64,000 bases of DNA, taken from assembly GCA_029548865.1 (NCBI GenBank), contig JAKPMO010000004.1, forward strand, positions 160,001 to 224,000. Reading direction: 5' to 3'. The position numbers were made by a program, and so were the translations under genes. The DNA is from Caldisericota bacterium (GTDB taxonomy: Bacteria; Caldisericota; Caldisericia; JAAYUI01). This document shows, piece after piece, positions 43,341 through 52,122 of this stretch; within the stretch, counting starts at the first letter, position 1, and every line of letters starts with the position of its first letter. The notes below the pieces were generated by a model. That model searched no databases, was not told the origin of the DNA, and saw nothing but the letters and a program-made list of their open reading frames with translations.

Positions 43341-44362
43341 CTGACACCTCCGAACTGGGAAAGGAACCTGAGGTCATTTGTGGTGAAGTCCCTTATGTCG
43401 CTGATGCCAAATTTCAGCATTGCTATCCTCTCGATTCCCCAGCCAAAAGCGAAGCCCTGATATTCTTCCGGATCGTAGCCAACATTTTTCAGTACCTTCG
43501 GGTTCACCATTCCGGATCCGCCCATTTCAATCCAGCCACTGTTCTGGCAGACCCTGCACCCCTTTCCATCACAGAATGGGCACGAAGCCAGAGTCTCTGC
43601 GCCAGGTTCGACGAACGGGAAAAACGATGGAAGGAATTTTACCTTTACGTTGCCACCAAAAACGTTTGAAAGGATGATAGACAATATCCCTGCGAGATCA
43701 GAAAAAGAGATGTGACGGTCAATCATCAGACCCTCGACCTGATGAAAAAATGGCGAGTGGGAGGCATCCGTTGCGTCCCTGCGATGACAGAGCCCCATGG
43801 CAATCATCCTTATTGGCGGTTTTTCGCTCTCCATTGTCCTTATCTGGACAGGTGAGGTGTGGGTCCTCAGGAGCCTGTTGCCTTCAATATAGAATGTGTC
43901 CTGCATGGCCCTTGCCGGGTGCCATTGCGGAATGTTCAGGGCCTCAAAATTGTACCAGTCAGATTCGATTATTGGCCCCTGCCTCACGACAAAACCAAGT
44001 TTGTGGAACACTTCGGTTATGTCTTCGGCAACAATGGACAGGGGGTGCATGGCGCCCTTCATTACGGGCCTGCCTGGCATTGTAATGTCTATCTTTTCTG
44101 CAAAAAGCTTCTCCTGCATCTCTTTTCTTGATATGTCGGAGAGTCTGGATTCAATTTTTGCTTCGATCTCTTCCTTGGCGCTGTTGAGGTTTGCGCCGGC
44201 AGATTTTCTTTCTTCTGGAGAGAGGTTGCCAAGCTCCCTGAGGAGTGAGGTCAGCTCGCCCTTTCTGCCAAGGAACCTTACCCTTATATCTTCAAGCTCT
44301 TTGGAGCTTTTTGACTGCTCAACGAGATTTAACGCTTCCTGCTTTATCTTTTCTATGTCCAC
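43337..44362 (-). CDS. pheS: Phenylalanine-tRNA ligase alpha subunit
   Basis: HPARAMQDTFY, LRTHTSPVQIR, FHQVEG, FPFVEP; GGAGG then GTG 44362. Confidence 0.97.
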   Translation of the reverse strand: MDIEKIKQEALNLVEQSKSSKELEDIRVRFLGRKGELTSLLRELGNLSPEERKSAGANLNSAKEEIEAKIESRLSDISRKEMQEKLFAEKIDITMPGRPVMKGAMHPLSIVAEDITEVFHKLGFVVRQGPIIESDWYNFEALNIPQWHPARAMQDTFYIEGNRLLRTHTSPVQIRTMESEKPPIRMIAMGLCHRRDATDASHSPFFHQVEGLMIDRHISFSDLAGILSIILSNVFGGNVKVKFLPSFFPFVEPGAETLASCPFCDGKGCRVCQNSGWIEMGGSGMVNPKVLKNVGYDPEEYQGFAFGWGIERIAMLKFGISDIRDFTTNDLRFLSQFGGVR

Positions 44363-45740
44363 GCCTTGCCTCCGAGAAGTATCGGGCCGTGAAGCAACCA
44401 TAATCTGGCCCCATCAAGTTTCCTTTTGCAACTGCCCTTGCTCTGCATCCCCCGCAATCTATGGAATGTGCGCATTCGCCACAAAAACCGGTCAGCTTTG
44501 TCCTGTCCCACATGACATTAAAGCCCTTCCAGGCCTCCTTGAAGCTCTGTCTTGTGAGATTTCCAACCACCGGATCAAATGGCGAGAACATGCATGGGGT
44601 CAAGTCGCCGTTTGGCTGTATGTTGCAGTAGAGCCTTCCCGCAGGGCAGCCCCCAAGGATGTCCTTGAACGCCCTGAAGAATTTTCTGGAAGGCCCCATG
44701 TCAAAGAATGCCGTTATCGGGAAACAGTTTGAGGCAGGAAGTTTTTGCTGGCAGTCCCCGCCAATCATGGATGTCTCAGTTGCATAGTGGGGTGTTTCAG
44801 ACATTATCTCGATGTCCGGGTCCTGCATTCTGGCCAGTTTTTCCATGGCCTCGGCGCGGGCTTTTGGCGTAAGATCGAGGTCTGATATCTCTTCACCCCT
44901 TCCAACGGGTATGAGATGGTAGAAAACAATCCTGTTGAAAGAGTGCTTTTTTGCTAGCGCAACAAAATCATCTATGAGCCCAATATTGTTTGAGGTGAGG
45001 GTCACGCCCATTGAAACAAAGAGCCCTGCTTTCTTCATCGCCTTCACGCCTCGCATGGAAAGGTCGAATGCGCCCTTCATGCACCTGAATTCATCGTGCT
45101 TTTCAGGGAATGGTGAATCAATCGAGACTTGGGCAGACCTTAAACCTGCTTTGAAGAGCTTTTCAGCAACGCTGTCATCAATAAGGGTGCCATTTGTGTC
45201 TATTGAGCAGTAGATTCTGTTTTCTGTGGCATATCTGACACAGTCCCAGAAATCTGGCGAGAGGAGCGGCTCTCCACCGGAGAATGTTATGGCCGCTGTT
45301 CCAAGATCGGCCATCTGCTTGATAATGGAGAATTTTTGCTCTTTTGTCATAAGGTCGCCAAGCGAGGAGTCTGCGCTCTGGAAGCAGTGGACGCACCTCA
45401 AGTTGCACTTGTTTGTCAGATTGTAGACCACCGAAAATGGCGCAGAAAGAACAATCGGTTTTTTGAGGCCATATTCGATGACGCTTTTTACAACAAGATC
45501 GAAGCAACGTGCAATCCCTGGATCGGAAAGAGTTTTCTTTACTTCACTCCATGACACTCCAAGGGAGGCCATGTAGGACCTCATGATCGCCGAGAAAGCC
45601 CAGACATAAGCTTTCTGGAGTCCTTTCGGTTTTCTTCTTCCGCCAATGCTGTCGATGGCAAGCTTTGAAAGAGGATAGCTTGCCCTGAGGATAGACCTGG
45701 CAAAACCACTAGAAACAAATGTTGATGCAATGCTTGACAT
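44319..45740 (-). CDS. Radical SAM protein with SPASM domain
   Basis: CNLRCVHC, SGGEP; SPASM CPAG..C...PC...CGEC...CGGCRARA...C; start at ATG 45740 after TATAAT. Confidence 0.9.
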   Translation of the reverse strand: MSSIASTFVSSGFARSILRASYPLSKLAIDSIGGRRKPKGLQKAYVWAFSAIMRSYMASLGVSWSEVKKTLSDPGIARCFDLVVKSVIEYGLKKPIVLSAPFSVVYNLTNKCNLRCVHCFQSADSSLGDLMTKEQKFSIIKQMADLGTAAITFSGGEPLLSPDFWDCVRYATENRIYCSIDTNGTLIDDSVAEKLFKAGLRSAQVSIDSPFPEKHDEFRCMKGAFDLSMRGVKAMKKAGLFVSMGVTLTSNNIGLIDDFVALAKKHSFNRIVFYHLIPVGRGEEISDLDLTPKARAEAMEKLARMQDPDIEIMSETPHYATETSMIGGDCQQKLPASNCFPITAFFDMGPSRKFFRAFKDILGGCPAGRLYCNIQPNGDLTPCMFSPFDPVVGNLTRQSFKEAWKGFNVMWDRTKLTGFCGECAHSIDCGGCRARAVAKGNLMGPDYGCFTARYFSEARRGHRKDKAGSVKSR

Positions 45741-45798
45741 ATTCCAAAGAATTATAATAGGGCGTCGATAAAATGAAAGGACAAAACGAGGTCGGGGC

Positions 45799-45827
45799 TT
45801 GACTATGAAAAAAGAATCGCATAAGAT
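45799..45827 (+). promoter_or_regulatory. sigma70-type promoter TTGACT-17-TAAGAT (divergent from the radical SAM gene)
   Basis: Hexamers upstream of the GGAGG SD of the first Roadblock gene. Confidence 0.55.
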
Positions 45828-45858
45828 GTGCGATATCACCAATATGAAGGAGGACAAA

Positions 45859-46221
45859 GTGGAACTGGACACAATTCTTGAAGGATTGAAGGACGAGCTC
45901 CCCGAATTCGTTGCTGCGGCCGTTGCAGGTAGTGATGGCCTGACAATCTCGACCCTCGCAAAAGATAGCTCGGTTGACATGAGTATGGTAGGGGCCGAAT
46001 TTGCCTCGATTGTCTCGATGGTTTCAAAGGCAGGGAGAGAAATAAACGCAGGGAAGCTTCACAGTTCAATCTTCTCGACAGAAAATTATCACATCCTGAC
46101 TTCACAAATTGGTGAAACTCCATTCTTCCAGATAGTCTGCCTCAAATCCGATGGGAACATTGGAAAAGCAAGATATTTAATGGGAAAGGTTGAGGCTAGA
46201 ATCAAGGAAGCAATTCTATGA
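45859..46221 (+). CDS. Roadblock/LC7 (MglB-like) protein
   Basis: AAAVAGSDGLTI...GAEFAS...GNIGKARYLM; GGAGG SD then GTG 45859. Confidence 0.85.
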   Translation: MELDTILEGLKDELPEFVAAAVAGSDGLTISTLAKDSSVDMSMVGAEFASIVSMVSKAGREINAGKLHSSIFSTENYHILTSQIGETPFFQIVCLKSDGNIGKARYLMGKVEARIKEAIL

Positions 46222-47468
46222 GTGAGATAAACGGGCTACTGTCAGAGGCTTTTTCAAAGATTCAGTATTGCGACAAGATACTTGTAGCATCATCAGACGG
46301 CCTCATTATAACGGCATACCCTGACTACAATCCGGACAAAAACGATTCCCTCGCTGCATCATCAACATCTGTCCTTGGGCTTACCGCTGCAACATCCGAG
46401 CTTGCTGGAAAAGGTGATGCCGAGTACGTCCTCATAAGGTCAAACAACGGCTTCATGATGACACTGGGTCAACAGAATTTCTCTGTGCTTGTAATGGCCG
46501 GGCAAAAAGCAAACCTCGGCATGCTCCTGCTTCAGGGGCAGAAACTTGTTGAAAAGCTCAGTGGTATAATTGATGAACACATTGCACCAAAAAAACTTGA
46601 ACACCCAAGAATTTATGCCAGAGAGCTTGGCACCATTGAAACTGAGAGTGTTGAAGAAATACACCCTGAAGAGGTTTCTTACACTTCCACAAAATCCAGG
46701 GATTCACAGCCTGAATCAGAATCTCCCGAACAGGGCATAGGCATACCTGCCTTTTCAAAACCGTTTTCTGATTATTCCAAAGAACCTGGCGACAGCTTTT
46801 TGGCCGGTTCACAGGGTTATGAAGAAGAACCCATCGCCATAGAACCCAATTTCAAACCAAAAATGGAAGATGTGCAGGATGTCTTGCAACAACCTGTCGA
46901 GGAAATTACCTGTCATGAAGAGTGCAACGAATGCGAAGAATGCGAAGAACCGGATGAATCGGAGCACTTCCTGACAGAACCCGAGGAGATAAAAGCAAAA
47001 TTCTGGCCGGAAGAGCCAACCAGAATTGATGAACATCCAGAACACACTCCAGATATTGAAATTGAGGAAAAATCCTCGGAGAGCATTTATTCTGACCGGG
47101 ATCTCCAGGCGCCAGAAGAAAATCCAACAGAGCCAATGGAAGAGCCGATAATAGAACCAACGGAGGAGAATCCAGAAGAAACGCACGAAAACATGACAAC
47201 ATCTCCAATCGTTGACCTCGTTCTGCCTAAAGGCATTTACATAAACGATGTAGTCTTATACTCGAATAAACAGGGGCTGGAAAACCTGGTTGTCCATAAA
47301 GAAGAGGAACAGTCCACACAACAAGAAGATCAACAACAGGAAGAAGAACAAAAACCTCCTGAAGCCATGCCATGGTTTAACTTTAATAATAATGGCGAGA
47401 ACAAGACTCAAAACCCGGAAGAAGACGAAAAGCCCCAAAAAGAAGGAGACCTGTTCGATTCTTACTGA
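46218..47468 (+). CDS. Roadblock/LC7 domain protein with long acidic tail
   Basis: VASSDGLIITA...LAASS...KANLGMLLL in the first ~118 aa; remainder E/P/Q-rich low complexity. Confidence 0.8.
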   Translation: MSEINGLLSEAFSKIQYCDKILVASSDGLIITAYPDYNPDKNDSLAASSTSVLGLTAATSELAGKGDAEYVLIRSNNGFMMTLGQQNFSVLVMAGQKANLGMLLLQGQKLVEKLSGIIDEHIAPKKLEHPRIYARELGTIETESVEEIHPEEVSYTSTKSRDSQPESESPEQGIGIPAFSKPFSDYSKEPGDSFLAGSQGYEEEPIAIEPNFKPKMEDVQDVLQQPVEEITCHEECNECEECEEPDESEHFLTEPEEIKAKFWPEEPTRIDEHPEHTPDIEIEEKSSESIYSDRDLQAPEENPTEPMEEPIIEPTEENPEETHENMTTSPIVDLVLPKGIYINDVVLYSNKQGLENLVVHKEEEQSTQQEDQQQEEEQKPPEAMPWFNFNNNGENKTQNPEEDEKPQKEGDLFDSY

Positions 47469-48180
47469 TCAAGTCAAAACAAGACTGAACAGGTATATTG
47501 CGTCTTCGGGCCTGTGTTCGAGAAGAAATGCCGACCAGCTCATATTGGCTGGTCGGGTTTTTGTTGACGGGACTCTTGAAACAAACCCTGGAACAATGGT
47601 CACTTTACAAAATATTGTAAAGGTTGATGGAAAAATCATAAAGCCAGTCGAGGAAAAGGTCTACATTGCCCTGAACAAACCAAAGCTTGTGATCACAAGC
47701 AAAAGTGACGAGCAGGGAAGAAATACTGTAATGGACTTTCTTCCGGAAAAATTCCTTCACCTTAATCCTGTCGGAAGGCTTGATTTTGATTCAAGCGGCC
47801 TCGTAATAATGACAAACGATGGCGAACTGGCCAATTTCCTGACCCATCCCAAATTCAGCTTTCCAAAAACCTATCAGGTCAGGGCAAACCCTCCCTTCGA
47901 AAGGGAAGACGTTGATGCAATTCTTAGTGGTGTGCAGATCGCAGAAGACGTTTGGGTGAGGGCCGACAAGGCAATCCTGTCCGGCGAGGTGCTCACATTG
48001 ACCATCCACGAGGGCAAGTACCATCATATCAAAAGAATGGCAGAATCACTTGGCAAAAAAGTATGTTTCCTCCGGAGAGTAGCCATTGGTCCCGTAAAGA
48101 TTGATGGATTATTGTCCGGACAATGGAGAATGTTAACAGATAAAGAACTTTTAGCGTTGCTGGAAAAAACAGGGAGATAA
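47392..48180 (+). CDS. rRNA pseudouridine synthase (RsuA/RluB family); start uncertain
   Basis: S4 domain RLNRYIASSGLCSRR, GRLDFDSSGL, EGKYHHIKRM. Confidence 0.88.
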   Translation: MARTRLKTRKKTKSPKKKETCSILTDQVKTRLNRYIASSGLCSRRNADQLILAGRVFVDGTLETNPGTMVTLQNIVKVDGKIIKPVEEKVYIALNKPKLVITSKSDEQGRNTVMDFLPEKFLHLNPVGRLDFDSSGLVIMTNDGELANFLTHPKFSFPKTYQVRANPPFEREDVDAILSGVQIAEDVWVRADKAILSGEVLTLTIHEGKYHHIKRMAESLGKKVCFLRRVAIGPVKIDGLLSGQWRMLTDKELLALLEKTGR

Positions 48181-48220
48181 TTTGGAACGCCCAGAAAGAC
48201 TCCCTTAAAAAGAGAGAGTC

Positions 48221-48248
48221 TTGACATCCCCGCTTTATTCGCTTTAAT
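48221..48248 (+). promoter_or_regulatory. sigma70-type promoter TTGACA-16-TTTAAT
   Basis: Upstream of tRNA(CAT). Confidence 0.55.
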
Positions 48249-48319
48249 GGTTTTTCGATGGTTAACACCATCGTCTGGTTTTAAAACACCTATCATATAG
48301 GAGACATGCACGGTCGTAC

Positions 48320-48393
48320 GGGACCATAGCTCAGTCGGTCAGAGCAGCTGGCTCATAACCAGCGGGTCGTAGGTTCGAGTCCTACTGGTCCCA
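48320..48393 (+). tRNA. tRNA with CAT anticodon, most likely tRNA-Ile2 (lysidine); CCA not encoded
   Basis: GGGACCA/TGGTCCC acceptor, GCTGG-CTCATAA-CCAGC, GTTCGAG T loop; paired 1-72 rules out initiator; body resembles Firmicutes Ile2. Confidence 0.9.
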
Positions 48394-48407
48394 GACTCCA
48401 AGAAAAC

Positions 48408-49121
48408 ATGCAAGGATTTTCCGAACTCGTCCAACTGTCTTTGATTGATTGGCAAATCCGGTCCACCCAGAACGAAATAGACACACTTGATGACGGAAGG
48501 GCCTGCAAAAAAGAATTGGAAGTTATCAATCAGAAACTTTCCCTGGCACTAGCAAAGAAGAAACAAATATCGTCGCTGCTTGATGATTTGAAATTCAAAT
48601 ATGACAAGGCCCTGGCCGAAAAAAAGAAAATGGAGACCCAGCTCTTCTCGCAGGGTGTTTCGCCAAAAACAATATCTGAAATACAGACAAGGCTTGCATC
48701 CATAAACTCCCACATAGACGAAGTTGAAACAGGACAGCTCGAGGCAATGGAAGCTTTTGAAAAAATCACTGCTTCCTGTGATAAACTGCAGGCAATGTCA
48801 GACCAGAAAACCCAGGAACTGGAAACTATAACCCAAAAATTCAAAAATATGACCGTTAAAGGCCAGATTAAACTCAAAGAGCTTGGTCTGGAAAGAGATT
48901 CAATACGGAAAGTCATAGATCCTTCCCTTCTTACCAAGTATGACAGGCTTGCTGAACAAAAAATGGGCCTCGCAATGGTTGAAGTAATCAACAACCTTTG
49001 TACAGGTTGTCAGCAACCAATCTCCATTACACTGTGCGACTCGATAAAATCGGAACCGGAAGAAATCCACTATTGTAACAATTGCGGAAGGATGGTTTTT
49101 ATCAGGAGGACCCAGATTTGA
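48408..49121 (+). CDS. Coiled-coil C4 zinc-ribbon protein (DUF164/CdsZ-like)
   Basis: Long coiled coil, CTGC...CNNCGR. Confidence 0.87.
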   Translation: MQGFSELVQLSLIDWQIRSTQNEIDTLDDGRACKKELEVINQKLSLALAKKKQISSLLDDLKFKYDKALAEKKKMETQLFSQGVSPKTISEIQTRLASINSHIDEVETGQLEAMEAFEKITASCDKLQAMSDQKTQELETITQKFKNMTVKGQIKLKELGLERDSIRKVIDPSLLTKYDRLAEQKMGLAMVEVINNLCTGCQQPISITLCDSIKSEPEEIHYCNNCGRMVFIRRTQI

Positions 49122-49537
49122 AAAAAGTGGAAGTTTTTACTGATGGGGCATCGAGAGGCAATCCAGGAAAGGCTTCGTTCGGGGTTGTAATTACTGTGGA
49201 TGGGGACACTGTCATTGAAGAATCACACGAAATAGGTATCAAAACAAACAATACCGCTGAATACGCCGGGCTCATTTTTGCACTGTCGATGCTTCTGGCG
49301 CTAAAACTGGAAAAGGAACAGATAACATTAAATTCAGATTCTGAATTCATGGTCAAACAGATACACGGCCAGTACAGGCTTAAAAAAGAAGAACTGGCCG
49401 AATATTACCTGGTTGCGAAAAACCTCTTGATGAGGTTTCCAAAAATAGAGATCAAACACGTTAAACGTGAGAAAAACGCCAAGGCTGACAAACTTGCCAA
49501 CCTGGCGCTTGATGAAGGAGGACTATGGAAGATTTAG
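49118..49537 (+). CDS. rnhA: Ribonuclease HI
   Basis: TDGASRGNPG, TNNTAEY, SDSE, REKNAKADKLAN; AGGAGG then TTG 49118. Confidence 0.92.
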   Translation: MKKVEVFTDGASRGNPGKASFGVVITVDGDTVIEESHEIGIKTNNTAEYAGLIFALSMLLALKLEKEQITLNSDSEFMVKQIHGQYRLKKEELAEYYLVAKNLLMRFPKIEIKHVKREKNAKADKLANLALDEGGLWKI

Positions 49538-51072
49538 TTAGAGTATATACAGCCGAAGAGCTTGAGGACAAAACTGCAAGACAACTTTATGACATTTGCA
49601 AGGCCCTCAAAATCAAGAACTACACGAGCTTCAAAAAAGACGATCTTATAAACGAGATCGTTCTTGTCTCAAGAGGCGAGAAAGTCATAGTCCGCAAAAA
49701 AAGAGGCAGAAAATCCAAAGCAGAACTCGAAGCGATGAGAAAAGCTGCTGAACAGGCATCAAAAACCGAAGTCAAGAAAGAAACGCTTTTTACGCCGACC
49801 CAACAGCCAGAAAAAAAATACGAATACAAGACACAGGAACAAACATACAAAACCAGCGAACAGTCGCAGTATCGTAAACCTGAATACAGCCAAACTTTTT
49901 CGAGCGAACCACAAAGCGAAACACCGCCAAGGGGCGACCAGTCAATGGGCCAGGGCGGCGGAGTTCTGGAGATACATCCTGATGGGTATGGTTTCCTCAG
50001 GCTCAACTACGTGCCAAACCCCAAGGATATTTACCTTGCACCTTCACAAATAAGGCGTTTTGGTCTCAGGAATGGTGATTTTGTAGAAGGCTCTGTAAGA
50101 TACCCAACAAAACCCGGCGAGAAATATGCTGCAATGTTAAAGCTTGACTCGGTAAACGGGATGGACCCCGAATACATACGCAACAGACCCCATTTTGAAA
50201 ACCTCATTCCGATTTTTCCTGATGAGAGGATAAAGCTGGAGCTCAGGGGCGTAAACGACACCACACTTAGACTCATCGAGTTGACTTCCCCGATAGGCAA
50301 GGGCCAGCGTGGCATGATAGTTTCACCACCAAAAGTTGGAAAAACCACCATCATCAAAAAGATTGCGAAAGCAATCTCGATTAACAGTCCCGATACCGTC
50401 CTCATGATCCTCCTTGTTGACGAGCGTCCAGAGGAAGTAACAGACATGCAAAGGTCCGTAAGGGCACAGATCATATCATCAACCTTCGACCAGCTCCCGG
50501 AAAACCACATCAGGGTCGTCGAGCTTGCAATTGAAAGGGCAAAACGCCTTGTCGAAATGAAGAAGGATGTTGTTGTCCTCATGGATGGTATTACAAGGCT
50601 AACAAGGGCGTACAACCTTGTCATGAGCCCAACTGGAAGGACGCTCACCGGTGGACTTGATACGTCAGCAATCCACGGACCAAAAAAGATCCTCGGAGCC
50701 GCAAGGAACATTGACAATGGTGGCTCACTGACCATCCTGGCCACATGCCTTGTTGAAACCGGTTCAAAAATGGACGAGGTCATATACGAAGAATTCAAGG
50801 GTACAGGTAACATGGAGCTCGTCCTCGATCGAAAGCTTGCAGAAAGAGGCCTCTTCCCTGCCATAGACGTCAAGAGATCAGGAACAAGAAGAGATGAATT
50901 GCTTTATGGCGAAGAGGAAAGAAAGAGAATATGGAGCCTCAAGAGGTTCCTCTCCAACCTCGAAAATTATGAGGCGCTTGAAAAGATACTCAAGTGGCTC
51001 AGCGACACACACAACAACGAGCAGTTCCTCAGGAGCATAGTGCCGGAGGAGAACCCGAAGGGAAGGGTCTAA
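49525..51072 (+). CDS. rho: Transcription termination factor Rho
   Basis: DGYGFLR, PIGKGQR, PPKVGKT, DERPEEVTD, EEFKGTGNMEL. Confidence 0.97.
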   Translation: MEDLVRVYTAEELEDKTARQLYDICKALKIKNYTSFKKDDLINEIVLVSRGEKVIVRKKRGRKSKAELEAMRKAAEQASKTEVKKETLFTPTQQPEKKYEYKTQEQTYKTSEQSQYRKPEYSQTFSSEPQSETPPRGDQSMGQGGGVLEIHPDGYGFLRLNYVPNPKDIYLAPSQIRRFGLRNGDFVEGSVRYPTKPGEKYAAMLKLDSVNGMDPEYIRNRPHFENLIPIFPDERIKLELRGVNDTTLRLIELTSPIGKGQRGMIVSPPKVGKTTIIKKIAKAISINSPDTVLMILLVDERPEEVTDMQRSVRAQIISSTFDQLPENHIRVVELAIERAKRLVEMKKDVVVLMDGITRLTRAYNLVMSPTGRTLTGGLDTSAIHGPKKILGAARNIDNGGSLTILATCLVETGSKMDEVIYEEFKGTGNMELVLDRKLAERGLFPAIDVKRSGTRRDELLYGEEERKRIWSLKRFLSNLENYEALEKILKWLSDTHNNEQFLRSIVPEENPKGRV

Positions 51073-52049
51073 AAAGGCCCTCTCCAGACAACTTGCCCTG
51101 ACTGGGCCCCATTTGTACTCATTAGGGGTTGATTGTTAAACATCTCAAGCTCGCCGATTTTTCCACCAAGCAGGCGGACACAATTAGCAACAACACAATA
51201 AAATGGCTCATGGCCTTCGCCCGATTCCATCTTGAGGGCAAGGCCTTTTTTATTTGCCGAGATGCAATTGACTCCTTCTGCACCCGATTTGATGGCAAAA
51301 TCGGGATTGTCTTTCATGGCAATAGTGTCGACCCTGTCAATGCCCGCAACAAGTTCCTGGTTCTTTGTCATCGCCTTAAACACCATTTTTGCAGGTTCCT
51401 GGAGATCGAGTGGTGCAGATTCCGGATTGGAAAATCTCGCAAAACCCTGAGCCATATTGACGAGCGGCACACCAAAAACTTGGACACCACAACCATCTAT
51501 TGCCACAACGACATCTGAAACTGGCAAACCACACATGCCGGCCACAATTTCAAGGGACAATTTCTGGATGGGGTGGGTCGGCTCAAGGTAGGTTTTTGTG
51601 TCCCAACCCATTTTTTTGCATACCGCCAGCATTGCGGAATGCTTGCCGGAACAATTGTGATTTAATTGGGAGAGTGGTTTACCATTCAGCTCTGCTTTTG
51701 CTGCAGCAGAGATTGGCTCATGAGTTCCACACAGGAGGTCTCTTTCTGACAAGCTAGCTTTCGAAAGTATCTCAAGGACAGCTTTGGTATGTTCGGCTTG
51801 TCCGTTGTGGGAACCACACGCTATGGCCAAATGTTCTAGTTCTAGTCCAAAATATTCATAAGTCCCAGTTAAAATGAGTGTCATTGCCTGAAAGGGTTTG
51901 GCCGAGCTCCTGAAATAGGTGATGTAATAGGGATTACCAAAGCTCTGGGCTATATTGCCAAAGCCATCCGCAACAACAATGTGCCCCCTGAAGATTGATT
52001 CATCCAGAGGCCCTCTTTTTTTGACGGCAAGTATGGGTGGACAGTTCAT
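51069..52049 (-). CDS. L-asparaginase II (Rhizobium-type, class 3) family protein
   Basis: RSSAKPFQA, GSHNG, NCSGKH, DGCG, KSGAEG. Confidence 0.88.
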   Translation of the reverse strand: MNCPPILAVKKRGPLDESIFRGHIVVADGFGNIAQSFGNPYYITYFRSSAKPFQAMTLILTGTYEYFGLELEHLAIACGSHNGQAEHTKAVLEILSKASLSERDLLCGTHEPISAAAKAELNGKPLSQLNHNCSGKHSAMLAVCKKMGWDTKTYLEPTHPIQKLSLEIVAGMCGLPVSDVVVAIDGCGVQVFGVPLVNMAQGFARFSNPESAPLDLQEPAKMVFKAMTKNQELVAGIDRVDTIAMKDNPDFAIKSGAEGVNCISANKKGLALKMESGEGHEPFYCVVANCVRLLGGKIGELEMFNNQPLMSTNGAQSGQVVWRGPF

Positions 52050-52086
52050 GATGTAGAGTCTATATCACGCCATAACAGCTTCAAGA

Positions 52087-52115
52087 TTGACCGTTTTCTT
52101 TTGCTTTCCTATACT
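52087..52115 (+). promoter_or_regulatory. sigma70-type promoter TTGACC-17-TATACT
   Basis: -10 box ends 7 nt before ATG 52123; no SD. Confidence 0.65.
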
Positions 52116-52122
52116 TTTACAC

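Noticed and set aside
45741..45980. 80-aa N-terminal extension of the radical SAM ORF
   Set aside because: Overlaps the opposite-strand Roadblock gene and promoter; ATG 45740 after TATAAT fits better
46600..47460. GAA-rich repeats as a CRISPR array or VNTR
   Set aside because: Low-complexity Glu-rich coding sequence; no regular repeat-spacer structure and no cas genes
48255..48310. Riboswitch (fluoride-like GATGG) in the tRNA leader hairpins
   Set aside because: Only short hairpins (CGATGGT/ACCATCG); P1 and pseudoknot pattern not satisfied; precedes a tRNA
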